Shown in pieces: positions 18,901-26,719 of a DNA stretch of 33,255 bases. The first letter of the stretch is position 1; the number at the start of each line of letters is the position of its first letter. Origin of the DNA: Alphaproteobacteria bacterium MarineAlpha9_Bin7 (GTDB lineage: Bacteria; Pseudomonadota; Alphaproteobacteria; UBA7887); contig PTKD01000002.1 in NCBI GenBank assembly GCA_002938115.1, positions 1-33,255 on the forward strand, written 5' to 3'. A model generated the notes under the pieces. The model was given only the letters and a program-made list of their open reading frames with translations, had not been told where the DNA came from and searched no databases. The translations under genes and the position numbers were made by a program.

Positions 18901-19476
18901 TTCGACATTAGTGTCTGCCGCCCGTAAGCGCAGTTCGGCTTCATGCCGACGCGAATGCAAGCCTGTTATTCCAGCGGCTTCCTCAAGCAAATGACGCCGC
19001 TGATCGGGCTTTGCGTTAATGACTGCGCCGACCTGTCCTTGGCTGACGATCGCTGTCGAACGTGCGCCAGTGGCTGCATCTGCAAATAGGAGCTGTAGAT
19101 CACGCGCCCGCACTTCCTTTGAATTGATCCGGTATGATGATCCGGCCCCACGTTGGATATGGCGCGACACAGCAATGGGCTTCCCATCATTATAAGCTGC
19201 AGGCGCATCACGATCTGGATTTTCGAGATGCAGTTCGACAGTGGCCTTATTGCGTGCTGGCCGTGAGGCTGTGCCGGAGAAAATTACATCGTCCATCTCC
19301 CCACCACGAATTTGTTTGGCAGACGTCTCACCCATGACCCAGCACAAAGCCTCAACAAGGTTTGATTTGCCACAACCGTTGGGCCCCACAATTCCGGTGA
19401 GACCAGGCTCAATTAATAGCTCTGTTGGATCGGTAAACGACTTAAAGCCGTTGAGTTTGAGACGCGAAAAATGCAC
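15952..19476 (-). CDS. smc: Chromosome segregation protein SMC
   Basis: 1174 aa. N-terminal FKSF...GPNGCGKSN (Walker A), long coiled coils with a central hinge, then C-terminal LSGGEKALAALSLLFA (signature) and CVLDEVDAPLDD (Walker B). GTG start. Confidence 0.97.
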   Translation of the reverse strand: MHFSRLKLNGFKSFTDPTELLIEPGLTGIVGPNGCGKSNLVEALCWVMGETSAKQIRGGEMDDVIFSGTASRPARNKATVELHLENPDRDAPAAYNDGKPIAVSRHIQRGAGSSYRINSKEVRARDLQLLFADAATGARSTAIVSQGQVGAVINAKPDQRRHLLEEAAGITGLHSRRHEAELRLRAADTNVERLDDVLVALQGQLQGLKRQARQASRYRSLSGRIRKAEAMLLYSRWAQADSEVHETTLQLREIDQEVLTQAKKATIAATEQADAAACLPTLRRMETDAAAKVQRLAIECEQLDEEKRRVEERADAVKEQIEVLLADIDREKILRGDAATRLANLTIQSEELLARKVADTESLRDADAQATAVRTSVNELEATVAALTEQVAAADTTRRGFAQRATTIEDRLSRFALRVLDLVAEQKEIEQRSERFAKQDDREKVKPTQEEVDRLRGLLEDAVRERDLADRELDRAQKAERDSSGLLASVGVKRSRLVAEIEALTKTVNGHHGYVPDNSDMGDVGAAVIDQLKVVDGYETALGAALGDDLSASLDQAAPASWRMADEKGPRQPMPEGVSLLSDFVDAPEELTLRLAQIGVVTDAEEGWLLASKLVQGQRMVSLAGDMWRWDGFSVAATASTSTLRLRQRSQLESLQSSLEGVENRLSQVTKDHSASEALLNEASKAANLARVGESESRALSMMSDKDLIEEREAFASSVEALADDRARLEVLANILDQLNTDQADAESEKRALDEDVRALPSSSETSTRLNEERLILTDQRQNLEGHLRRQEKLIRNQQAYSERIGAIKEEAKLWRSRDGGAESQIESLISRHVILEKELKGLLAEPADLKSRHESLLDLSVNAEHTRRNSAEELATAEAHLEACDASVRASNEALADSREGKARVAGKRDQALALRAVEVQQIEERLGCNPSDALELSEIESPDQLPEFSAVEKQMERLLRERENMGSVNLRADEEANELSMQIDTLEVERTDLISAISRLRNGIASLNREGRQRLLAAFEQVNTHFEVLFVRLFGGGRAKLALIGDDDPLEAGLEIMASPPGKRLQALSLLSGGEKALAALSLLFAVFLTKPAPICVLDEVDAPLDDSNVERFCALVDEIAGQRRTRFLVITHHRLTMARMDRLFGVTMSENGVSQLVSVDLHGGGRLKAAE

Positions 19477-19630
19477 GCTGTTGACCTTACGCGGCCGCCC
19501 ACCACGCCCACTACGGACATGTCGTCTGGACCTGACCCCAATATATCGTGAATTTTTCTTAAATCACTACTAAATATAGGTTCTTAACGTCATATATGTA
19601 AGTTCTGACTATAAACCGCGCCCACAGAGG

Positions 19631-20215
19631 TCATTGGCTTGCCGCAGCAATCAACTCAGCAAACGTTTCCTCGCTCGGAATGCCGGTTATTAGCTTCTTG
19701 CCAATGGCAAAACTAGGTGTCGATTCGATATCGTATTGATTTTGCGAATCGAGCCGAGACTGAATAATCTGATCAGCTAACTCTTCATCTCTCAGACAGC
19801 TGTCGAAACGGGCCTTTCCCATACCAGCGAGTTGAGCAAGCAACGCCAAGCCTTTTTCTGCTGGCTCTGTGAACACCCAGTGCTCCTGACGCTCAAACAA
19901 AAGGCCTAGATAAGCAAAATACTGGTGTGGTTCTGCACAACGCGCAACCATTGAGCCCAGCAGCGCTGGTCGGTTCAAAGGAAAATCACGGAATATAAAT
20001 CTCACTTTCCCGGTGTCGATAAAATTTTTCTTAAGCCACGGGAAACGCTCCTTGTGGAAAACGGCACAATGAGGACAGCTCAGCGAGGCAAATTCAATGA
20101 TCGTAACCGGGGCATCCGGATTCCCCAGCACAGGGTCAACCAACCCGTCGGCAGAAAGCACCGAGCCGGGGAAAAACAAAAACACCAAGGTCACTAAAAA
20201 TGGTTTAAGAGTCAT
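19631..20215 (-). CDS. DsbA-family periplasmic thiol:disulfide oxidoreductase
   Basis: A signal peptide (MTLKPFLVTLVFLFFPGSVLSA) and the thioredoxin-fold active site SCPHCAVFH. 194 aa. Confidence 0.85.
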   Translation of the reverse strand: MTLKPFLVTLVFLFFPGSVLSADGLVDPVLGNPDAPVTIIEFASLSCPHCAVFHKERFPWLKKNFIDTGKVRFIFRDFPLNRPALLGSMVARCAEPHQYFAYLGLLFERQEHWVFTEPAEKGLALLAQLAGMGKARFDSCLRDEELADQIIQSRLDSQNQYDIESTPSFAIGKKLITGIPSEETFAELIAAASQ

Positions 20216-20275
20216 GGATTTTCCGCCACAGCTAAGAAATAACTATAACCACATGAAAGTGTTGTCGCATCCCAA

Positions 20276-20593
20276 TCAAGTATTTTCTCCATGCGAAAGC
20301 GGGCCCTGTCGAATGGAAATTCGCGATACGGCACGATATCCAAAATGGGTCGCTATGCGTTCCAAAAGTTGCGGTTCAAGATGTTGTAATTCAAGTGCTA
20401 CTGGTCCATCGACGCGCAGAATTAATACACCTTCCCGCGAAATTTTTTCTGGACAACTTTTGGCCGCCAATGCCTCTCCGACAATATCAGTCCAGTTGGT
20501 CAAAATCGAGGCCTGGTGGAACCCGCGGTCACGAAACACCGAACGGGTTAGTTTCGGCACCATTTGAGACAGGCGTAGGGCTCTCGATGTCAT
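20276..20593 (-). CDS. DUF721/DciA-family protein (putative replicative helicase operator)
   Basis: 105 aa. WTDIVGEALAAKSCPEKISREGVLILRVDGPVALELQHLEPQLLERI matches my recollection of the DUF721 core (W..iVG...a..t.P..l..g.L.v.v.....a.eL). It lies divergent to mutY, as in many Alphaproteobacteria. Confidence 0.65.
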   Translation of the reverse strand: MTSRALRLSQMVPKLTRSVFRDRGFHQASILTNWTDIVGEALAAKSCPEKISREGVLILRVDGPVALELQHLEPQLLERIATHFGYRAVSRISIRQGPLSHGENT

Positions 20594-20659
20594 AACAAGG
20601 GCTCCGGTGGCCGCAGCATCGGATTCGGGTTCAATAATGAGTAGTGTACACTATGAATC

Positions 20660-21757
20660 ATGAATACACCTGAAAATGACATGATCCCAGAAAGAAATAA
20701 AGCCACACATACTAACGAAACTGCAACCTTGTTGTTGGATTGGTACGACAAGTACAGGCGCACTTTGCCGTGGCGGGCACTGTCAGGTGAAAAACCTGAC
20801 GTCTACAAAATATGGTTGAGCGAGACTATGTTGCAACAAACCAAAGTCGCAACTGTGATTTCCTACTACCAAAACTTCATCCGGAAGTGGCCATCCTTAG
20901 CTTCGTTGGCTGATGCTACACAAGACGATGTTTTGAGAGCGTGGGCAGGCCTTGGGTACTACGCAAGAGCCCGCAACCTTTATGCCTGCGCACAGATAGT
21001 GATGCACAAATATGGTGGCGATTTTCCGGATACGGAGGAGGGATTGCGTTCCCTACCTGGGGTTGGTCCATACACGGCGGCCGCAATAACAGCGATTGCT
21101 TACGACAAACCCGCAGTTGTGGTTGATGGAAATGTAGCGCGGGTCATTTCACGTCTCTTTCGGGTCCCGAAACCCATACCAGAAGCCCCAACTCTATTAC
21201 GCGAACTCACTGCCAATATCACTCCGCAAGATCGACCCGGAGATTATGCGCAGGCGATAATGGATTTAGGCGCAGTCATTTGCACTCCTCGTTCCCCAAA
21301 GTGCATCGAGTGTCCGTGGGCAGAGATCTGCGAAGCCCGCGCAACAAAAACACCTGAATACTGGCCAAGACGAAGGCACAAGGCCAAAAAACCGATGCGT
21401 TATGGTGTTGCCTTTTGGGTGGAACGCTCTGATGGAGCCGTCATGCTTCGCCGAAGACCCGACAAAGGTATATTTGGCGGCATGACGGAAATCCCGAATT
21501 CTGGATGGCATGACCAGCCTTTATCAGAGCGTCTTGTCCGGAGCCACGCACCAATAGGCGCTCGTTGGGTAAACATCCCGAAATTAATAAACCACAGTTT
21601 CACCCATTTCGATATGGAGATAACCGTGCTCACCACGAGGTCAGACAATGCACCGGAGGATTCATTCTGGTGTGCTAGGGAAGCAATCAAGTCGGAAGCT
21701 TTACCGAGTCTAATGCGTAAAATTGCTGCGCTTGTTCAAGCGACACAGGCCAATTGA
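20660..21757 (+). CDS. mutY: A/G-specific adenine DNA glycosylase
   Basis: YKIWLSETMLQQTKVATV, the HhH-GPD segment LPGVGPYTAAAI, the Fe-S cluster loop CTPRSPKCIECPWAEIC, and a C-terminal NUDIX-like domain. 365 aa. Confidence 0.93.
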   Translation: MNTPENDMIPERNKATHTNETATLLLDWYDKYRRTLPWRALSGEKPDVYKIWLSETMLQQTKVATVISYYQNFIRKWPSLASLADATQDDVLRAWAGLGYYARARNLYACAQIVMHKYGGDFPDTEEGLRSLPGVGPYTAAAITAIAYDKPAVVVDGNVARVISRLFRVPKPIPEAPTLLRELTANITPQDRPGDYAQAIMDLGAVICTPRSPKCIECPWAEICEARATKTPEYWPRRRHKAKKPMRYGVAFWVERSDGAVMLRRRPDKGIFGGMTEIPNSGWHDQPLSERLVRSHAPIGARWVNIPKLINHSFTHFDMEITVLTTRSDNAPEDSFWCAREAIKSEALPSLMRKIAALVQATQAN

Positions 21758-21779
21758 CAACTCCAGCACTCATTGCTGT

Positions 21780-22892
21780 CTAGCGAGCTGCCGCCGGCAC
21801 AATTTCTGCTCTTATTTTTTGGCGCAAAAGGTCAATAGGACGAAGTTTTCCACGATCGTCATAGAACCAGAATGCCCAACCATTACAACTGGAGGCACCC
21901 TGAAGGGCCGCCGCCACACCATGAATAGAGCCAGTGACATCTCCTGCGACTAGAGAGCCATCAGCGCGGACTTTAGCCGTTATGCGCCGACTATGGTCAT
22001 AAAGAATAACGCCAGGAGACAACATTCCCCGCTCGATCAAATTACCAAAAGGAACACGGGGTAATGACCTCTTCGACGGGGTGGTCTGTATTTCCTCATT
22101 ACCTCTCGGTTTAGCCTGGGCCAATCGTCTGCGTGCCAGTGCCACATACTTTGGGTCACGCTCGATACCCAGATATCGCCTGCCAAGCTGCTTGGCAACT
22201 ACGCCTGTGGTGCCGGTGCCAAAAAAAGGGTCCAATACTAGGTCGTCAACGTTGGTGGTCGCGAGCAGGACGCGATAGAGCAGAGCTTCAGGTTTTTGCG
22301 TCGGATGAGCTTTGTGATTACCCTGACGCAACCGCTCTCTGCCAGCGCAAATTGGCAATGACCAATCCGAGCGCATCTGAATATCTTCATTGAGCATCTT
22401 CATGGCCTGGTAATTGAATGTATAATGCTTTTGATCCTGGCTCTTCGCACACCAAATTAACGTCTCGTGTGCATTCGTAAAACGTCGACCACGAAAATTA
22501 GGCATTGGATTTGTTTTGCGCCAGATTACATCGTTGAGGATCCAGTATCCGAGATCCTGAAGCACCCGCCCTATCCGAAAAATATTATGATAACTACCAA
22601 TGACCCAAAGACTTCCGTGTTCTGAAAGCAGGCGGTGGGCGGCGGTCAACCACGCCCGTGTAAATTCATCGTAATCGGCAAAACTATCAAAATGGTCCCA
22701 CTCATCGGTGACGCCGTCAACGAGGCTATCATCTGGCCGCCTTAAATCCTGTGGCAGCTGCAGATTGTATGGCGGATCAGCAAATATTAGATCCACCGAT
22801 CCGGCGTCAAGACGCTCCATAGTGGATATACAATCCCCGGTCAGTATCCGCCCATACGGCAAATCATCGACCGGATCCCCATCCCGTGACAT
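21780..22892 (-). CDS. ccrM: CcrM-type N6-adenine DNA methyltransferase (GANTC)
   Basis: Near-colinear with Caulobacter CcrM as I recall it: VDLIFADPPYNLQL, WVIGSYHNIFR, NDVIWRKTNPMPNFRGRRFTNAHETLIW, KAHPTQKPEALLYRV, DPFFGTGTTG, and the CcrM-specific C-terminal domain (PRVPFGNLIE...GSIH...CNGW). Confidence 0.95.
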   Translation of the reverse strand: MSRDGDPVDDLPYGRILTGDCISTMERLDAGSVDLIFADPPYNLQLPQDLRRPDDSLVDGVTDEWDHFDSFADYDEFTRAWLTAAHRLLSEHGSLWVIGSYHNIFRIGRVLQDLGYWILNDVIWRKTNPMPNFRGRRFTNAHETLIWCAKSQDQKHYTFNYQAMKMLNEDIQMRSDWSLPICAGRERLRQGNHKAHPTQKPEALLYRVLLATTNVDDLVLDPFFGTGTTGVVAKQLGRRYLGIERDPKYVALARRRLAQAKPRGNEEIQTTPSKRSLPRVPFGNLIERGMLSPGVILYDHSRRITAKVRADGSLVAGDVTGSIHGVAAALQGASSCNGWAFWFYDDRGKLRPIDLLRQKIRAEIVPAAAR

Positions 22893-22970
22893 GAGTCCTC
22901 CTTGCGACTCAATCGCTTATTTTCCCAACCTACTGTCAAATCTTCGAAAAAATTTACAGCTCGTTGAATC
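22893..22970. promoter_or_regulatory. Cluster of three GANTC (CcrM target) sites in the ccrM 5' leader
   Basis: GAGTC 22893-22897 abuts the ccrM start codon. The others are GACTC 22906-22910 and GAATC 22966-22970. That is three sites in 78 bp, against roughly one per 256 bp expected by chance. Confidence 0.5.
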
Positions 22971-23043
22971 TTAAACTTTTAGCGATGTCTCGTGCAAGTG
23001 TCTGGCAGGCATCATGTCCAACGTTAATGTGGGACACCCACCC

Positions 23044-23667
23044 TCAATATTTATTGATTTGTCCCAAAACGCGGGCCACCGGAACAAAACTCCTCCGATG
23101 ATGCGGGGTTACACCAAGACTAGTTAGTGCTCTCAGATGCTCTGCGGTAGGGTACCCGACATTCCTTTCCCACCCGTAACCAGGATAGCCACGTGCTAGC
23201 TTCAGCATCAGCTGATCGCGCGTAACTTTTGCCACAATTGAGGCAGCGGCGATTGATAGGGAGCGGCGGTCACCCCCAACGACTGTGCGCGTAGCACAGC
23301 CAAGCGCCGGCGACTGGTTGCCATCCACCAGGGCCACCGCAGGTGCCGGCTTTAACTCAGCTACCGCCCGCTCCATAGCCCTAAACGTGGCCCTTAGAAT
23401 GTTTACTTTGTCAATTTCAGCAACGCTAGCCAAACCTATTCCGACCACGGCCTGAGATTTAATACGGACACACAGGTGCTCCCGTTTTGACCGGCTTAAA
23501 GTTTTTGAATCCTGGATCCCGTCCGGCGTTCGTTCCTGGTCCAAAATCACCGCAGCAGCCACAACAGGGCCTGCCAGTGGCCCTCGACCAGCTTCGTCGA
23601 CCCCACAGATCAAACCTCTTAATTCACCTTCAATAGAGAAGTTAGGTGCGGTGTGCCGTCCGTCCAT
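23044..23667 (-). CDS. rnhB: Ribonuclease HII
   Basis: GVDEAGRGPLAGPVVAAAV (the catalytic DEAGRG motif), then DSK..S and SIVAK motifs. ATG 23667 (GAAGG upstream) gives a typical N-terminus. The track start 23730 would overlap the upstream radical SAM gene by 32 nt. Confidence 0.93.
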   Translation of the reverse strand: MDGRHTAPNFSIEGELRGLICGVDEAGRGPLAGPVVAAAVILDQERTPDGIQDSKTLSRSKREHLCVRIKSQAVVGIGLASVAEIDKVNILRATFRAMERAVAELKPAPAVALVDGNQSPALGCATRTVVGGDRRSLSIAAASIVAKVTRDQLMLKLARGYPGYGWERNVGYPTAEHLRALTSLGVTPHHRRSFVPVARVLGQINKY

Positions 23668-23698
23668 AACCTTCAAACTATACCCCGATCCAAAGACC

Positions 23699-24775
23699 TT
23701 AAAAAAGTTCTCCTTGGTTGCCTGGAACATTGAAGAGGGTGCAGTCTAGGGTAGCGCGATCAACATTCAGTTGAAAACGTCGAACCGCATTATGGAACCG
23801 ATCCGCAATCATTTTTGCATACTGCCCGCTTCCCTTCTGTCGCACGCCGAAATTTGCATTGTACACCCTGCCACCATGAACTTCGCGTACCAACGACATC
23901 ACTCGCGAGAGCTTGTACGGCTCATGAACCGCCAACCACTCCGCCACAAGATCTTTTACCTCATGAGGTAAACGTAAAATCACATATCCACATTCTCGCG
24001 CTCCAGCCGTCGCCGAAGCTCGTAATATCGACTCAATTTCCGTATCCGTTAAGCCTGGGATAACTGGCGCAACCATCACCCCCGTGGGTATGCCAGCAGC
24101 GCACAACTCTCGAACGGCGCTTAAACGTGACTCGGGAGTGGAGGCACGGGGTTCCAGCTTCGTTGCCAATCCGCGACTCAGCGTCGTCACGGAAAGAAAT
24201 ACCTTAATCAAACCACGCCGAGCCATGTCTGCCAATAAATTCAGGTCTCGCGTGACCCTCGCCGACTTAGTAACAATGCTCACAGGGTGATTAAATTCGG
24301 ATAGGACCTCCAGTATTGAACGCGTTATTAGCGCTTTACGTTCTATTGGTTGATAGGGGTCAGTATTCGTGCCCAGAGCAATCGTCCTACACTTATAGTT
24401 GGGCCTAGACAACTCTTGCCGCAACAGTATTCCTGCCTCCGGTTTAACAAATATACGGCTTTCAAAATCTTTCCCGGCAGACAATCCTAAATAGTTGTGG
24501 CACGGTCGGGCGTAACAGTAGACACACCCATGTTCGCAACCTAAATAAGGGTTGATCGACTGGTCGAATGCGACGTCCGGCGACTTATTCGTCGTAATAA
24601 TAGAGCGAGTGCGGTCAACGCCCAGTTGCGTTACGGCCACTGTACCCCCGTCCGATCCTCCCTCTTCATCGTCACCCACGGCCCACGTGGTAACTTTCTC
24701 AAACCTCCCGGGCGGATTCGAAACTGCACCTCGGCCTTTGCAAACCTTCTTTACAGAACTGCTCCGCATCCCCAT
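23699..24775 (-). CDS. Radical SAM protein, PA0069 / SplB-like (COG1533) family, function unknown
   Basis: KGRGAVSNPPGRF N-terminal signature and CEHGCVYCYA (CxxxCxxC). About 358 aa from ATG 24775. The track start GTG 24823 adds a Cys/Ser-rich leader that looks non-native. Confidence 0.85.
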   Translation of the reverse strand: MGMRSSSVKKVCKGRGAVSNPPGRFEKVTTWAVGDDEEGGSDGGTVAVTQLGVDRTRSIITTNKSPDVAFDQSINPYLGCEHGCVYCYARPCHNYLGLSAGKDFESRIFVKPEAGILLRQELSRPNYKCRTIALGTNTDPYQPIERKALITRSILEVLSEFNHPVSIVTKSARVTRDLNLLADMARRGLIKVFLSVTTLSRGLATKLEPRASTPESRLSAVRELCAAGIPTGVMVAPVIPGLTDTEIESILRASATAGARECGYVILRLPHEVKDLVAEWLAVHEPYKLSRVMSLVREVHGGRVYNANFGVRQKGSGQYAKMIADRFHNAVRRFQLNVDRATLDCTLFNVPGNQGELF

Positions 24776-24853
24776 AGAATAACTCAAAGATGGAACAAAA
24801 CAAGAACATTTTAAGGGAATCACCGAACCAACACCCGTGCTATAGGGTTAATT

Positions 24854-25558
24854 ATGAAAAACAATAATAATTTTTCAAGCCCACCAATTGGCTCACAACT
24901 TAGCGCAATCATACCGACGCTCAATGAAGCAGAAAATTTGGGATTATGCCTACGTGCTATCGCCGATGTTGTAGGCGAGTTAATAGTCGTCGATGGTGGT
25001 TCCTCGGACAGCACAGCATCGGTTGCATCGCGCTACAATGCTCGTTGGATTACCGCGAAAAGGGGGCGTGGGTCCCAACTTGCAATCGGCGGGGCCGCGG
25101 CAACGGGTGACTGGTTGCTATTCATCCATGCAGATACCGTACTTCAGAGTGGTTGGGAACGATCCGTGTATGAATTTATCGATGAGGCCCGTGAAGATGA
25201 AGTTGCCGGTGTATTCCGATACCGAAACGACCTACACGGTTTCGCAGGAAGAGTATTGGAGAGCTACGTTGCGTGGCGGACTTCGTTAGGACTCCCGTAC
25301 GGTGACCAATGTCTTTTGATTAGTCGATCACACTATCATCGGCTAGGTGGCTTCTCAGATTTCCCGATCATGGAGGACATTGAGTTTGCCCGTCGTATTG
25401 GACGGCGGGGCCTCCGTGTTTTGCCCGTATTGGCCGTTACTTCTGGCGTACGTTATCGCAGCTTCGGAATATTTTGCCGGGGTCTGAGAAATCTTTTCTG
25501 CCTTGCACTATATTTTATCGGCCTGCCCCCCAGATTGATTGCCAAACTTTATGGCTAA
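24854..25558 (+). CDS. Family-2 glycosyltransferase-like protein (resembles the rSAM/selenodomain-associated 'transferase 2' group)
   Basis: LSAIIPTLNEAENLGLCL, LIVVDGGSSDST, WLLFIHADT and DQCLLISRSHYHRLGGF are GT-A/GT2 signatures. 234 aa. Confidence 0.8.
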   Translation: MKNNNNFSSPPIGSQLSAIIPTLNEAENLGLCLRAIADVVGELIVVDGGSSDSTASVASRYNARWITAKRGRGSQLAIGGAAATGDWLLFIHADTVLQSGWERSVYEFIDEAREDEVAGVFRYRNDLHGFAGRVLESYVAWRTSLGLPYGDQCLLISRSHYHRLGGFSDFPIMEDIEFARRIGRRGLRVLPVLAVTSGVRYRSFGIFCRGLRNLFCLALYFIGLPPRLIAKLYG

Positions 25559-25569
25559 GCCCGAAAACG

Positions 25570-26190
25570 ATGCTGCCTAAACATTTGATGATCTTCGCCA
25601 AAGCGCCCCGACAAGGCGCAGCCAAAACACGTCTTGCATCCAAACTGGGCCAAAGCACCGCATGCCAAATTTCGCGGATTATCGCGTCCTCTGTTATCAA
25701 GCGTTTAGCAAATGACAAACGCTGGAACTGCCTGCTGGCAGTAACGCCTGATGAATTTGCATCTGTAGGTCGCTTCTGGCCGTACGCTGCAAAGCGGTGT
25801 CCCCAAGGGGACGGTAATCTCGGCATCCGAATGGCGCGTCAGTTCCGGAAACTGCCGCCTGGCCCACTAGTGATTGTGGGGAGCGACATACCGTCCCTCA
25901 AGCCAGCACATATAGCGAGCGCATTCCAAGAACTCGGCAAAGCGCATTTCGTGTTTGGACCCTCACGCGATGGAGGGTACTGGCTCATCGGAACGCGCCG
26001 ACGCCCAAACATAATAACACCATTCTCCAATGTAACTTGGTCGAGTCCGACCGCCCTGGCAGACACATTACGAAATATCGACCGACGTTACCGGATAACG
26101 CTACTAGAAGAGCTGGAAGATATCGATGATATCGCGTCCTGGCGCAGATGGTATAAGCGTAAGGTCACACGGACCGGTTCACCGCACTGA
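25570..26190 (+). CDS. DUF2064 family protein (nucleotidyltransferase-like; 'transferase 1' partner of the preceding GT2)
   Basis: From the internal ATG 25570: MLPKHLMIFAKAPRQGAAKTRL..., IVGSDIPSL, GPSRDGGYWLIG. These fit my recollection of DUF2064. The track start 25474 would overlap the GT2 gene by 85 nt. Confidence 0.7.
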   Translation: MLPKHLMIFAKAPRQGAAKTRLASKLGQSTACQISRIIASSVIKRLANDKRWNCLLAVTPDEFASVGRFWPYAAKRCPQGDGNLGIRMARQFRKLPPGPLVIVGSDIPSLKPAHIASAFQELGKAHFVFGPSRDGGYWLIGTRRRPNIITPFSNVTWSSPTALADTLRNIDRRYRITLLEELEDIDDIASWRRWYKRKVTRTGSPH

Positions 26191-26719
26191 CTTTTTCGTT
26201 AAGGCGCGGCATGAGCTCGACGAAGTTACAAGGTCGAAAACGATTATCAAGCTGGTGAACAAGAATCTCGTCCCACGCGTCTTTGCAGGCATTTGGTGAT
26301 CCAGGCAAAGCAAACATGTAAGTGCCGTGGCAAACACCCGCGGTAGCGCGCGACTGGATAGTCGAAGTTCCAATTTTTTGAAAGGAAAGCATCCTAAAAA
26401 GCTCTCCAAAGCCCGGCACTGGCTTGTCATACATAGCTTCAAATGCTTCTGGGGTAACGTCGCGGCCCGTAACGCCCGTTCCACCAGTTGCCAATACCAC
26501 ATCTATTTCCGGGTCCTTAACCCATTTAGTTAAATGGGCAGTGATTAAATGTTTTTCGTCCGGAATTATCGCCCGATCTGCTAGATGATGACCTACTCCC
26601 TGTAAACGTTTGACGAGCAACGAACCTGACTTATCATCCATTTCGGTGCGGGAATCAGAAACCGTCAACACCGCTATATTGACCGGAAGAAAGGAACGAC
26701 TATCGTCAATCTTCGGCAA
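26165..26719 (-). CDS. moaB: Molybdenum cofactor biosynthesis protein B
   Basis: Colinear with E. coli MoaB: IAVLTVSD, VVLATGGTGVTGRDVTPEA, FGELFRMLSFQKIGTSTIQSRATAG, ALPGSPNACKDAWDEIL..QLD.R.RPCNF. TTG 26719 (GAAGG 9 nt upstream) is preferred over the track TTG 26752. Confidence 0.9.
   Translation of the reverse strand: MPKIDDSRSFLPVNIAVLTVSDSRTEMDDKSGSLLVKRLQGVGHHLADRAIIPDEKHLITAHLTKWVKDPEIDVVLATGGTGVTGRDVTPEAFEAMYDKPVPGFGELFRMLSFQKIGTSTIQSRATAGVCHGTYMFALPGSPNACKDAWDEILVHQLDNRFRPCNFVELMPRLNEKVSAVNRSV

Noticed and set aside
19477-19630. AT-rich 154-bp spacer between the dsbA-like gene and smc, examined for tRNA, terminator, CtrA boxes and small ORFs
   Set aside because: It has no cloverleaf-compatible sequence, no stem-loop plus T-tract and no full motif. 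It probably just holds the smc promoter.
22893-23043. Search for a CtrA box (TTAA-N7-TTAA) upstream of ccrM
   Set aside because: Only isolated TTAA half-sites (22971, 23024) are present, 53 bp apart. No full site exists, so no CtrA feature is claimed.
23699-23730. 32-nt same-strand overlap between the radical SAM gene and rnhB
   Set aside because: This is an artefact of taking the longest rnhB ORF. The internal ATG 23667 has a GAAGG upstream and restores the usual ~20 residues before the DEAGRG motif.
26165-26190. 26-bp tail-to-tail overlap of the DUF2064 gene and moaB (and the 5-bp GNAT/yqgE gap)
   Set aside because: The overlap is real in the sequence, but small convergent overlaps are common in compact genomes. 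No structure or motif is associated with it, so it was not promoted to a finding.
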